Assembly: GCA_964498755.1 (NCBI GenBank)
Contig: CAZCIB010000005.1
Span: forward strand, 4,560 to 68,559
Length of the DNA stretch: 64,000 bases
Origin: an uncultured Pseudobdellovibrionaceae bacterium
GTDB lineage: Bacteria > Pseudomonadota > Alphaproteobacteria > Micavibrionales > Micavibrionaceae
Reading direction: 5' to 3'
This document shows, piece by piece, positions 12,972 through 22,074 of this stretch. The notes beneath the pieces are model-generated. The model worked only from the letters and a program-made list of their open reading frames with translations. It did not search any database and had not been told where the DNA came from. The position numbers and the translations under genes are program-made. Positions within the stretch are counted from its first letter, which is position 1. Each line of letters starts with the position of its first letter.

Positions 12972-14177
12972 TCACGCCGCCCTGGCTCTTGCGCTCAGCG
13001 CAGCGACGCCGGGCAGGCTTTTGCCTTCCAGCCATTCCAGAAACGCCCCGCCGGCCGTCGAAACATAGGTGAACTGATCGATAACGCCCGCGTTTTCCAG
13101 CGCCGATACCGTGTCTCCACCGCCTGCGACGCTTGTGATCTGGCCGGATTGCGTGAGTTCGGCGACTTTCTGCGCTATCTCGTTCGTGCCCTTGTCGAAC
13201 GGTTTCATTTCAAAAACGCCCATTGGCCCGTTCCAGAGCACGGTTTTACATTCTTCAAGGATTTCATTGATATTGCGGATCGTCTCGGGCCCGATATCGA
13301 GGGACTCTTTGTCGTCCGGCATGGTCTCGCTGGAAACGATATCAAATGGCGCGTTCTCGCGGAATTCCGAGACTATCACGCGGTCGATCGGGAGCACGAT
13401 GCGGCAGCGGTTATCTTCCGCCGTTTTCATGATCTCGCGCGCCTCTTCAGCCATGTCTTTCTCGCAAAGCGATTTGCCGACTTCAATGCCCTTGGCGAAC
13501 ATGAAAGTATTCGCCATGCCGCCGCCAAGTATCAGATAATCCGTTTTCTTAACAAGATTGTTTAAGACGCTAAGCTTGGTTGATATTTTTGCGCCGCCGA
13601 CGACGGCCGCGACGGGCTTTTGCGGGTCTTCCAGCGCTTTGGTCAGCGCGTCGATCTCGGCCTGCATCATGAACCCGGCGGCCGTGGGCAGCAGATGCGC
13701 CAGACCTTCCGTAGAGGCGTGGGCGCGGTGCGCCGCCGAAAATGCATCGTTGACGTAGACGTCGCCGATTTCCGCGAGTTGTTTGGTGAATTCCGGATCG
13801 TTCTTTTCCTCGCCCGCGTGAAAGCGCAGGTTTTCCAGTAACCCGATCTGGCCGGGCTGCAGGCCCTTCGCAAGGTCTTTCGCAGGCGCGCCGACGCAGT
13901 CTTCGGCGAACTGAACCGGGTAGCCCCATTGTTTTTCGAGAACTTCCGGCAGGAACGAAAGAGAAAATTCGGGCTTGCGCTCGCCCTTTGGTCTGCCGAA
14001 ATGCGAGAGAAGAATCGTTTTCGCGCCTTTTTCGCTCAGGTATTCGATCGTGTCCTTCAGGCGGTCGATGCGCGTCGTGTCCGTAACCGCGCCGTCCTGA
14101 TACGGAACGTTAAGGTCGGCGCGTAACAGGACTGTTTTATTATTTAAATCAAGATCTTTAAGCGTGTTGTATTCCAT
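12972..14177 (-). CDS. pgk: Phosphoglycerate kinase
   Basis: 401 aa with RADLNVP, LSHFGRPKG and STGGGAFLEWLEGK motifs. Confidence 0.97.
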   Translation of the reverse strand: MEYNTLKDLDLNNKTVLLRADLNVPYQDGAVTDTTRIDRLKDTIEYLSEKGAKTILLSHFGRPKGERKPEFSLSFLPEVLEKQWGYPVQFAEDCVGAPAKDLAKGLQPGQIGLLENLRFHAGEEKNDPEFTKQLAEIGDVYVNDAFSAAHRAHASTEGLAHLLPTAAGFMMQAEIDALTKALEDPQKPVAAVVGGAKISTKLSVLNNLVKKTDYLILGGGMANTFMFAKGIEVGKSLCEKDMAEEAREIMKTAEDNRCRIVLPIDRVIVSEFRENAPFDIVSSETMPDDKESLDIGPETIRNINEILEECKTVLWNGPMGVFEMKPFDKGTNEIAQKVAELTQSGQITSVAGGGDTVSALENAGVIDQFTYVSTAGGAFLEWLEGKSLPGVAALSARARAA

Positions 14178-14205
14178 GGTTTGATCCTCTCTGTGTCTCG
14201 GGCGG

Positions 14206-15186
14206 TTAGCCGTATCGCTTCATCGACTCGCTCGCCTCTATTAAACGCGATCTCAGGCCGGGATCAAGCGATGAATGCCCGGCGTCCGGCACGATAAACA
14301 TATGGGATCCCGGCCAGGCTTTGTGAAGCTTGTAGGCGGATTCAATCGGGCAGATCATGTCGAAGCGGCCATGGACGATGACGCCGGGCACGCCTGCGAG
14401 TTTATGCGCCTGTTTCAGAAGGCTGTTTTCAGGGGCAATGACCTGATTTCTGAAATAATGCGCCTCGATCCGCGCGATGGTCAGCGCATGCCGGCGTTCT
14501 TCCGGGGTCTCTATGATCTCCGTTTCACCGCCCATGGAGGCGCAGGAGCCTTCGTACTGGCACCACTGCAGCGCCGCGTCCATTTGCACGGACTCGTCGT
14601 CCGTCTCTAAAAGGCGCTTGCAATAGGCTTCCATTAAGTTATCGCGTTCGTTCTCGGGGATATGTCCGACAAAACGCTCGCGCACTTCCGGGTAAAATTT
14701 CCCCATGCCGTGCAGGAACCAGTCGATTTCGCTCTGTTCGAACAGGAATATGCCGCGCAGAACCATGCCAAGGCAGTTTTCCGGGTAATTTACCCCGTAA
14801 GCCAGACCGAGCGTCGAGCCCCATGATCCGCCGAAGAGATGCCATTTTTTAACATTTAAATGCGCGCGCAGCTTTTCCATGTCTTCTATCAGATGCGCCA
14901 GCGTATTGTCTTTGAGCTCGCCAAGCGGCGTGGATCGGCCCGCGCCGCGCTGATCGAATATAATGATGCGGTAGTGATCCGGGTCAAAAAAGCGCCTGTG
15001 CTTGGGCGAGGCGCCCGCGCCCGGCCCGCCGTGCAACAGAACGACCGGGACGCCGTCGGGGTTGCCGCTCTGCTCCCAGTACAGCTGATGCCCGGAGCCG
15101 ACGTCGAGATAGCCGGTCGCATACGGCTCGATTTCGGGGAACAGGTCGAGGAGGGTGTCGTCTTGCATGGATTGTTCCGGTTTCAT
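14206..15186 (-). CDS. pip: Prolyl aminopeptidase (proline iminopeptidase)
   Basis: 326 aa alpha/beta hydrolase with LHGGPGAG, GGSWGSTL (nucleophile elbow) and a C-terminal GHS. Confidence 0.85.
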   Translation of the reverse strand: MKPEQSMQDDTLLDLFPEIEPYATGYLDVGSGHQLYWEQSGNPDGVPVVLLHGGPGAGASPKHRRFFDPDHYRIIIFDQRGAGRSTPLGELKDNTLAHLIEDMEKLRAHLNVKKWHLFGGSWGSTLGLAYGVNYPENCLGMVLRGIFLFEQSEIDWFLHGMGKFYPEVRERFVGHIPENERDNLMEAYCKRLLETDDESVQMDAALQWCQYEGSCASMGGETEIIETPEERRHALTIARIEAHYFRNQVIAPENSLLKQAHKLAGVPGVIVHGRFDMICPIESAYKLHKAWPGSHMFIVPDAGHSSLDPGLRSRLIEASESMKRYG

Positions 15187-16133
15187 TCTTGAGAAACTAT
15201 CGGCGAGTCCGTGCCCTGTAAAGACTTATCCGGAAACTCGACCGCTTGCGGGAACGCAAGGTCCATAAACGGCCCGTTCCATGAGCGCAGCCAGCCGCGT
15301 ACGCGTATATGCCTGTTGTTCCAGTCCATCGGGTTCAGGTCCTCGGCGAGAAATTTGCGCCTGTCGGCGGCTTCAATGCCAACCGTCAGGTCCGTACGCC
15401 AGTCAGGTCCGAAGTTCAGGTAAATGCGGTTGCGCACAGTCGCGACGTTTTTGACCGTGCCCTCGATGATCTGAAAACCTTCGCGCGCTTCCAGCGCCGT
15501 TTCAGGCGTCAGGATGCTGTAAGAGTCTTCCGACCAGAGCCCGGCGCCTTTTTGCCGCGCCTGTTTTTCGCGTTCATAAAGCTGCTCCGCCATTTCCGGG
15601 TTGTTTGGCGTCACGCGCACCCGCGCCAGACCTTGCGCGACGAGCGCGCCCTGCGCCCAGATATTTTTGTTATCAAGATAAAGATGCCCCAGCATATGGC
15701 CCATACGGTTCATCCGGCCTTTGTCGCTGTTGGGCGTTTGATAGAGCGAGACAGGCTGGCCTTCGAAATGTTCCTTGAGATAGGACATGGCGGCAACGCT
15801 GTACGCGCCCGGGTTTTCCGGATCGCTGTCTGGAAAGTCAAGCCCGGTCAGGGTGAGCGCGCGCCCGTCGGCAAGCGTTAAGGTCCGGTTGTCGATGACG
15901 TTGCGAACCGTGACGCGTTTCGGCCCGGTCATGCCGGTGAAGTCCGGCGGCGGAAAATCGCTCGGCGCCGCGGTCTGTTCCGGGTTCTGTTCCGCGTTTT
16001 TTTGGGGGACGTTTTCCTGCGCATGCGCATTTGCAAACGCAAAAAAACTGGCGATCAGCAAGAAAAAGATTATTTTGTGTGTCATGCGTGGAATTTGAAC
16101 GAGCCCGCGCTTGTTTGCAACCGGGAAATTCAA
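15183..16133 (-). CDS. Secreted thermonuclease (SNase)-like protein
   Basis: Signal peptide (IIFFLLIASFFAFANAHA) followed by SNase-like segments (VIDNRTLTLADGRALTLTGLD..., LVAQGLARV...). 4-nt overlap with pip. Confidence 0.6.
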   Translation of the reverse strand: MNFPVANKRGLVQIPRMTHKIIFFLLIASFFAFANAHAQENVPQKNAEQNPEQTAAPSDFPPPDFTGMTGPKRVTVRNVIDNRTLTLADGRALTLTGLDFPDSDPENPGAYSVAAMSYLKEHFEGQPVSLYQTPNSDKGRMNRMGHMLGHLYLDNKNIWAQGALVAQGLARVRVTPNNPEMAEQLYEREKQARQKGAGLWSEDSYSILTPETALEAREGFQIIEGTVKNVATVRNRIYLNFGPDWRTDLTVGIEAADRRKFLAEDLNPMDWNNRHIRVRGWLRSWNGPFMDLAFPQAVEFPDKSLQGTDSPIVSQE

Positions 16134-16141
16134 GCCGCGAA

Positions 16142-16343
16142 GGGATGCGAATAAACATGGATCTACAGCGCGCGTTGCGCGCAGATATTTTAACTACAGA
16201 GTTAAACAAGAGATAAACAGAGGGGTTTCGCGCAAACTGATATGTCTTTCTCAAAAAAAATTCTGTTTGTCTCTGCGGGCTCTGTAGTTATTAATCATGC
16301 GCTTCGCGCACAAGATACATTCGCGTTTATTCGCGCCCATCCG
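16142..16343. repeat. Three-tier nested palindrome (family C), ACAGAG-word variant
   Basis: Outer GGATGCGAATAAAC (16143-16156) against ACATTCGCGTTTATTCGCGCCCATCC (16318-16343). GC mini-hairpins at 16168-16182 and 16297-16312. Inner arms 16191-16223 / 16261-16290. Confidence 0.8.
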
Positions 16344-16369
16344 TGGTCAAAAAAGAAAAAGGATTTGGA

Positions 16370-17836
16370 ATGAAAAGTTTTGGAAATCTGACTCACAAGG
16401 TTTTATTGCCGGTTGCGGCTCTGGTCATGCTGGCAGCATGTTCTGTCAACCCCGCAACGGGAGAGCAGCAGTTCACCGCCTTTATGTCCCCGGCGCAGGA
16501 ACAGCAGGTCGGCGCGCAGGAGCATAACAAGATCATCCGGACCTTCGGCGTGTACGAGGATCAGTCCTTTAACGCCTATGTGAATCAGATCGGCCAGAAA
16601 GTCGCGCAGAATACGGAGCGCGGCGATGTGAATTACACGTTCACGGTACTGGACACGCAGATGGTCAACGCCTTTGCGCTGCCCGGCGGCTATATTTACG
16701 TTTCGCGCGGGCTTATGGCGCAGGCGAACAGCGAGGCCGAGCTCGCCGCCGTGATCGCCCACGAAATCGCGCACGTGACGGCAAGGCATTCGGCGGAGCG
16801 TTACTCGCAGGGCGTCCTGACGACGCTTGGCGCGGGGCTCATTTCCGCCGCCACTGACAGCTCGCTCGCGTCACAGGCCGCCGGGATCGGCTCGAACCTT
16901 TATATCAAGTCCTATTCCCGCTCGCAGGAGCATCAGGCCGACGAGCTCGGCGTACGCTATCTTCACCGCGCCGGTTACAGTACGGAGGCCATGGCGCAGT
17001 TCCTTGCGAATCTCCAGCAGCACAGCGCGTTTGAAGCGCGCTTAAGCGGGCGCGGCCAGCCGGGGGGCGTGTTCAACTATTTCTCGACGCACCCGGAAAC
17101 AGGCGACCGCGTCCAGCAAAGCGTCAGCCATACGCGCGACTTCCCGCCGAATGCGGGCGTCGTCAATCGTGACGGTTACCTGCAAAGGCTGGACGGCGTG
17201 ACATATGGTTACAGCGCGAAGCACGGCTTCGTGCGCGGCAATGATTTCTGGCATCCGGATATGGGCTTTACGTTTTCCGTGCCGGACGATTTCACGATCA
17301 GCAACCAGCCGACGCAGGTTCTCGCAACCTCCCGCAGCGGCGCGGCGATTATCTTTGACGCGGGCGGCGCGCCGAGCGCGGTCGATCCCTATAACTACCT
17401 GACGCAAGTGTGGATGCAGGGCGAGCCGCTGCAAAACGCCGAGCGCATTACCATCAACGGCATGCAGGCCGCCTCCGCCGCCTTTACCGGCAATGTGAAC
17501 GGCCGGCCGATGACGGTGCGGCTTGTGGCGATACAATGGGCGCCGGACCGGTTCTTCCGCTTCCAGATGGCGATACCGCAGGGCGCGGGGCAGGCTCTGG
17601 TCGAAGACCTTAAACGTACGACCTATAGTTTTCGCCGCATGACCGCGAGTGAAAAACAGTCCATCCGGCCCTACCGTCTGGACATCGTGACGGCGGGCGC
17701 GGGCGATACCGTCGCAAGCCTTGCCAGGCGCATGGCGTTTGACGACCTGAAGGAAGAGCGCTTTCGCGTCCTGAACAATTTGTCAGCTGGCGAGCAGGTC
17801 AGGGCAGGGCAGTTGTACAAGGTTGTGGTGGAGTAG
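16370..17836 (+). CDS. M48-family metalloprotease lipoprotein with C-terminal LysM-like domain
   Basis: Lipobox MLAAC, AHEIAHVTARH (HExxH) and a C-terminal ...NNLSAGEQVRAGQLYKVVV. ATG 16370 follows AAGGA; the ORF opens at GTG 16343. Confidence 0.85.
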   Translation: MKSFGNLTHKVLLPVAALVMLAACSVNPATGEQQFTAFMSPAQEQQVGAQEHNKIIRTFGVYEDQSFNAYVNQIGQKVAQNTERGDVNYTFTVLDTQMVNAFALPGGYIYVSRGLMAQANSEAELAAVIAHEIAHVTARHSAERYSQGVLTTLGAGLISAATDSSLASQAAGIGSNLYIKSYSRSQEHQADELGVRYLHRAGYSTEAMAQFLANLQQHSAFEARLSGRGQPGGVFNYFSTHPETGDRVQQSVSHTRDFPPNAGVVNRDGYLQRLDGVTYGYSAKHGFVRGNDFWHPDMGFTFSVPDDFTISNQPTQVLATSRSGAAIIFDAGGAPSAVDPYNYLTQVWMQGEPLQNAERITINGMQAASAAFTGNVNGRPMTVRLVAIQWAPDRFFRFQMAIPQGAGQALVEDLKRTTYSFRRMTASEKQSIRPYRLDIVTAGAGDTVASLARRMAFDDLKEERFRVLNNLSAGEQVRAGQLYKVVVE

Positions 17837-17879
17837 GGAATTCGTCAGAAGGGCGTGGCAAGCGTTTGCGGATTTTTAT

Positions 17880-18060
17880 ATAAACCGCCAAGACGCGAAG
17901 ACGCCACAAAACACAAAGGTAACGAGAAGAAAGCTGCGCCCAGCGCTACATGTATTCAACACAGAGATCGCAGAGGGCGCAGAGTTTTTTTCAAGAGCTT
18001 GTATTCTCTGCGTTCTCTGCGCGCTCTGTAGTTTTAAAAAACGCGCTGCGCGCAACTGCA
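17880..18060. repeat. Family C element: CCAAGACG/CGAAGACG-word arm plus CGCAGAG-word hairpin
   Basis: AACCGCCAAGACGCGAAGACGCC at 17883-17905. Inner arms 17957-17984 / 18006-18033. GC mini-hairpins at 17932-17947 and 18042-18056. Confidence 0.8.
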
Positions 18061-18207
18061 TAAAAGCCGGAGCAGGATGGCGCATAAATCATTCAATTCA
18101 CTATATTTTAAAAGGGGGCGCACACTTTTGCATAACGTGTGCGCCCACGCTCGTGGGCTTTTGGACGAGCTTCGCAAGTAACTTATGTCGTTTATTCAAG
18201 CCTTGAC

Positions 18208-18294
18208 GTCACCCCCGCGTAAGCGGGGGTCTGGCAAGCCTCAAACAATGAGAAGGTTGTTGTTTGCCGGATGCCCGCCTAAAGCGGGCATGAC
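18208..18294. repeat. Family A hairpin doublet
   Basis: GTCACCCCCGCGTAAGCGGGGGTCTGG ... CCGGATGCCCGCCTAAAGCGGGCATGAC. Confidence 0.8.
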
Positions 18295-18297
18295 GGT

Positions 18298-18471
18298 TCA
18301 GTGGTTTTGTCTCTTCTCAAACCGCATCACAACCGGCATATGATCCGAGCCCATGGCCGGGCCGACATGTTTGTACGTGGGAGTCAGGCTTGCGCTGAAG
18401 AGGATATGATCAATCGGGATCTGAAATATCGGTAATAAAAACACGCTCGGCCAGGTCGGCGCGGCGATCGG
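18298..18471 (-). pseudogene. C-terminal remnant of an endonuclease/exonuclease/phosphatase (EEP) family gene
   Basis: Manual translation gives ...PIDHILFSASLTPTYKHVGPAMGSDHMPVVMRFEKRQNH*. IDHI...SDHxPV is the EEP C-terminal signature. The frame closes upstream at TAG (18472-18474) with no N-terminal domain. Confidence 0.5.
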
Positions 18472-18489
18472 CTAGGGCTGGGCGTAGTT

Positions 18490-18677
18490 TAGCCGCGCGT
18501 CTTGCGCGCTATTCTTTAACCACAAAGTCACAAAGAACACAAAGATGAAGGGAAGAAAATTGCGCGCAGCGCAAAAAGCCCTGTCGGCCCGATTTGCTAA
18601 TGTCATTGTTATTTAAGCGCGCTTCACGCGGGCAAAAGAACTTTGTGCCCTTTGTGGCTTTGTGACTTTGTGGTTCA
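18490..18677. repeat. Family C element, ACAAAG-word variant
   Basis: AACCACAAAGTCACAAAGAACACAAAG (18518-18544) faces CTTTGTGCCCTTTGTGGCTTTGTGACTTTGTGGTT (18641-18675); the first 18 nt are exactly complementary. GC mini-hairpins at 18493-18509, 18561-18575 and 18616-18632. Confidence 0.85.
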
Positions 18678-18705
18678 TAATCCGGATGCTTTCGCGGTCA
18701 AGGAA

Positions 18706-18737
18706 GCAAAAAAAACGCGAGGCAGGTCCCTCGCGCT
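18706..18737 (-). terminator. Rho-independent terminator of rpoH
   Basis: Minus strand reads GCGCGAGGgacctgCCTCGCG followed by T8-9 (plus-strand A-run 18707-18715), 30 nt after the rpoH stop. Confidence 0.75.
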
Positions 18738-18766
18738 TTTTCCTTCATCCGGCTCCATTCTATGGC

Positions 18767-19657
18767 CTACCCGCCGATATAGAGCAAATCGTTCGTGTTT
18801 CCGGCCTTGTCGGCGATGGAGAGTTTGAGCTTGTCCATGGCGCGGGCTTCGAGCTGGCGAACGCGCTCCTTGCTGACGCCGAGCTGCTTGCCAAGTTCTT
18901 CCAGGGTCACGGCTTCATAACCCAGATGCCGCTCGCGGATAATCGTCTGCTCGCGGTCCGACAACTCGCTCAGGGCCTGCTCCAGCCACTCCGAACGCGT
19001 TGACGAATCGCGCATGGAGGTAACGATGTCTTCCGGGTTCGGCCGCTCGTCGGGCAGGAAGTTCTGCCACTCGTCATCGCCTTCCTCGCGGATGCGCGCG
19101 TTGAGCGACTGGTCATTGGCGGCGAGACGCATTTCCATGTCCTCAACGTCTCTTAAATTTACGCCCAACTCGTCGGCGATGGACTGACGGCCTTCGGCGT
19201 CCAGCGCTTCGCCGTCCTTGCGGCCCTCGATCTTCGCCCGTAGACGGCGCAGGTTAAAGAACAGCGATTTTTGCGCCGCCGTCGTGCCGGTCCGCACGAT
19301 CGACCAGTTGCGCAGGATATAATCCTGTATCGATGAACGGATCCACCACGAGGCGTAAGTCGAGAAACGAACCTCGCGCTCCGGCTCGAAGCGGTTGGCC
19401 GCCTGCATCAGGCCGACATTGCCCTCCTGAATCAGGTCGCCCATCGGCAGGCCGTAATTCCGGAATTTCGAGGCCATGGCGACAACCAGACGCGTGTACG
19501 AGCGCACCAGTTCATGCAGGGCCTTTTCATCGCCGTGCTCCTTCCAGCGGATCGCAAGATCGCGCTCGTGCTCGCGCTCAAGGATCGGCTCGCTCATCGA
19601 GTTGCGGATGTAGCTCATATTCGCTTTTTGCGTCTGGGGATCGTCTATATAGCTCAT
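18767..19657 (-). CDS. rpoH: RNA polymerase sigma-32 factor RpoH
   Basis: 296 aa with sigma-70 regions 2-4 and the RpoH box TTAAQKSLFFNLRRLRA. Confidence 0.93.
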   Translation of the reverse strand: MSYIDDPQTQKANMSYIRNSMSEPILEREHERDLAIRWKEHGDEKALHELVRSYTRLVVAMASKFRNYGLPMGDLIQEGNVGLMQAANRFEPEREVRFSTYASWWIRSSIQDYILRNWSIVRTGTTAAQKSLFFNLRRLRAKIEGRKDGEALDAEGRQSIADELGVNLRDVEDMEMRLAANDQSLNARIREEGDDEWQNFLPDERPNPEDIVTSMRDSSTRSEWLEQALSELSDREQTIIRERHLGYEAVTLEELGKQLGVSKERVRQLEARAMDKLKLSIADKAGNTNDLLYIGG

Positions 19658-19946
19658 GGCTTCCTGTCCTTTGCTGATACGTCGCGTTCAATCCGTTAAA
19701 TTATCTCTAGGTTAGTCCTATTTATAAATCCGTTCCGGGTTCCGTTAAAGTTACACTTTTGTAACCTTTATCCGCCGCTACCTTTTGAGGTCCGTATAAC
19801 CCACATTAATACGCGCGATTTTACAAAACGGATCAACGCCCGTTAAGGATTAAAAGGTACATGATTGTTGTTCATAATCATACAAGCGGGAAAATTCGCA
19901 TTTATAATCAGTGGTGTAGCTGAATTTTCAAGTTCCGCTTTTTAAA

Positions 19947-20765
19947 TCAAGCTTCGAGCATGTCTTCTATCTCGCCTTCAGGCGTGAAGCAGGCCGCTAC
20001 GAGCTTTCCTCCAAATCCACAGCCACCGTCAATCGAGGCTGTTACGCAGTTAATATTGACGCCGACATGCGCGGGATCATACCCGCGGATGACTCTGGCG
20101 AACGGTTTATATTGTTCCTGCATCGTATCAAAAAACTTTGCGCCCCACCAGAAAATATCCCCTTGCTCAGTAAGGTTTTTATGCGGATCCAGACCGGAAT
20201 GCACGAAAAGCAGGGGGAACTGTACGCTGACAGGCGTATAGGCCGCGCGGCGCAGCTGGGTCGCAAAGACGTCGTGACCTGCGTGGGCGCGTACGGACTT
20301 GCGAATCGCGTTCGTCCAGCGGGTAAGCGACATCACGCCTTCCTGCGCCGCCGTAATCCCGTCATGCGGGCTGAGGCCGTAAGCGTTCAACGTGGGGGCA
20401 AGGCCCTTGCCGAGCATCCACAGAAGGACGGCGGACGGGTCCGGCGCGAATTGCAGCTGAAGCAGTTTTTGCCACAGCTCCTCCTGTACGCCGCGCAGGT
20501 ATATCAGGTCGTCCGGCTTCATCCCGGGAATGGACAGGACCAGCCTGCGGAACGTCAGGATTTCGTCAACCGTTTCGGTCGCTTCCTTGCCATAGCCCGT
20601 ATAATTGCCGAGATAAACAATCCGGTCCCCCGGCGCGATGCGGGAGAGTAAATCGTCATGAACGGCGACAAGCCGTTCGATATCGCCGTGAATAGCGGAA
20701 ATGGCCCAGATATTGCGCGGGCGGCCAAGGGTTGCGAATCGCAAGTCAGTGTCTTTCATGGACAA
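19947..20765 (-). CDS. Metallophosphoesterase-family (Ser/Thr phosphatase-like) protein
   Basis: 272 aa. IWAISAIHGD...RIVYLGNYTGYG...YLRGVQE resembles calcineurin-like phosphoesterase motifs, with a non-canonical first motif (A instead of D in SAIHGD). Confidence 0.6.
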   Translation of the reverse strand: MSMKDTDLRFATLGRPRNIWAISAIHGDIERLVAVHDDLLSRIAPGDRIVYLGNYTGYGKEATETVDEILTFRRLVLSIPGMKPDDLIYLRGVQEELWQKLLQLQFAPDPSAVLLWMLGKGLAPTLNAYGLSPHDGITAAQEGVMSLTRWTNAIRKSVRAHAGHDVFATQLRRAAYTPVSVQFPLLFVHSGLDPHKNLTEQGDIFWWGAKFFDTMQEQYKPFARVIRGYDPAHVGVNINCVTASIDGGCGFGGKLVAACFTPEGEIEDMLEA

Positions 20766-20917
20766 GTCACAGATCGGGGTGAAAGGAATTTACAAAAACC
20801 GCCGGAACGGCGGAATTCCAGAATCACCTTCATTGTACAGGAAAAACAGAAGGATGGTATAGGCAGAGGCGGATAAAACGGCGTTTTTCCTGATTTGCGT
20901 ACAGGCGCAAATGTTTT

Positions 20918-21133
20918 AAACCGCCAAGGCGCCAATACGCCAGGCTTTCCGGTCTTCCCGCGCCGCAGGCGCATTATTTTTGAACCACGGCGATCACAGC
21001 GTACACAGCGAAGTAAGCGCAAACGTCGCTGTGATCTCTGTGCGCGCCGTGGTTTAAGAAATACAAGCCGTCTTATTACGCTTCGCATGCGTATGCCTTT
21101 TAGGATTCTTGGCGTCTTCGCGTCTTGGCGGTT
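20918..21133. repeat. Three-tier nested palindrome (family C), CCAAGGCG / CACAGCG-word variant
   Basis: Outer arms 20918-20944 / 21108-21133. GC mini-hairpins at 20959-20974 and 21079-21093. Inner arms 20982-21010 / 21027-21055. Confidence 0.85.
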
Positions 21134-21136
21134 ACA

Positions 21137-21181
21137 CAAAAACACACAAAAAAGGGCGCGGGATGTAATCGTCCGCGCCCT
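21137..21181 (-). terminator. Rho-independent terminator of carD
   Basis: Minus strand reads GGGCGCGGacgattacatCCCGCGCCC followed by TTTTTTGTGTGTTTTTGTG. Confidence 0.75.
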
Positions 21182-21211
21182 TCGGGAGAAAACTCGTTAA
21201 AGACTTAAGGC

Positions 21212-21769
21212 TTATGCCGCGGCCTGTTCTTCCTCTTCGTCTGCGTTATCGACGACGGGTTTGACCTTGTTGACGCCGAGAATGTCTTCCAGCTCTTCAG
21301 CGGCCTCTAACTCCGTGATGGATTTCACGGCCGCGACTTCGCGGGCGAGACGGCCAAGCGCGGCCTGATAAATCTGGCGCTCGCTGTAGGATTGCTCGCT
21401 GTCGTCATTGCTGCGCTTGAGGTCGCGCAGAACTTCGGCGATGGCGACCGGGTCGCCGGAATTGATCTTGGTTTCGTATTCCTGCGCGCGGCGGGACCAC
21501 ATGGCGCGGCGGATGCGCGCGCGGCCGCGAAGCGTCTGCAGCGCGTCGCCAAGACGGTCATTGGAGCTGAGTTTGCGCAGGCCTGCGGCTTCCGCCTTGA
21601 ATACCGGAATTTTAAGGCGCATGCGCTCCTGCTCGAAGCTGATGGTGTAAAGGCTTACGCTGGCGCCCGCGATGCTCTGGGTTTCAATGCCTTCGACTTT
21701 ACCCACGCCATGCGCCGGGTAAACAACGTAGTCACCTGCGACGAAATCGAAATTGTCGTTGTCAGCCAT
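21212..21769 (-). CDS. carD: CarD/CdnL-family RNA polymerase-binding transcription factor
   Basis: FDFVAGDYVVYPAHGVGKVEGIE...YTISFEQERMRLKIPV is the CarD_CdnL_TRCF domain. ATG at 21769 (MADNDNF) preferred over the longer ORF start at 21835. Confidence 0.88.
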   Translation of the reverse strand: MADNDNFDFVAGDYVVYPAHGVGKVEGIETQSIAGASVSLYTISFEQERMRLKIPVFKAEAAGLRKLSSNDRLGDALQTLRGRARIRRAMWSRRAQEYETKINSGDPVAIAEVLRDLKRSNDDSEQSYSERQIYQAALGRLAREVAAVKSITELEAAEELEDILGVNKVKPVVDNADEEEEQAAA

Positions 21770-22074
21770 ACTTCTCTCTTTTCGGTTTGTGTGGTTGATA
21801 TCAAGTCTACCGCTTTTACTCTTTCGGGACGACATCGGCCTGCGCGCTCTGTTATCAACAAGCGAACGGATTGGCGCCTCCCTCCATCTGATATCCGGCT
21901 TATTTCTGGCGGCTGTTCAAAGCGTATGTCTCCCTGTCTTCCGGTTCTCTTCGGGAGCAAAATATCGCCGCATTTCAATGCCGGTAACTCAAGATGTGAG
22001 AACGAACATAGCGCAGAATTCGTAAAAATTCAAGTTCTTATTTCGGAAATATGAAATTGGGTGTGAATATCAGA

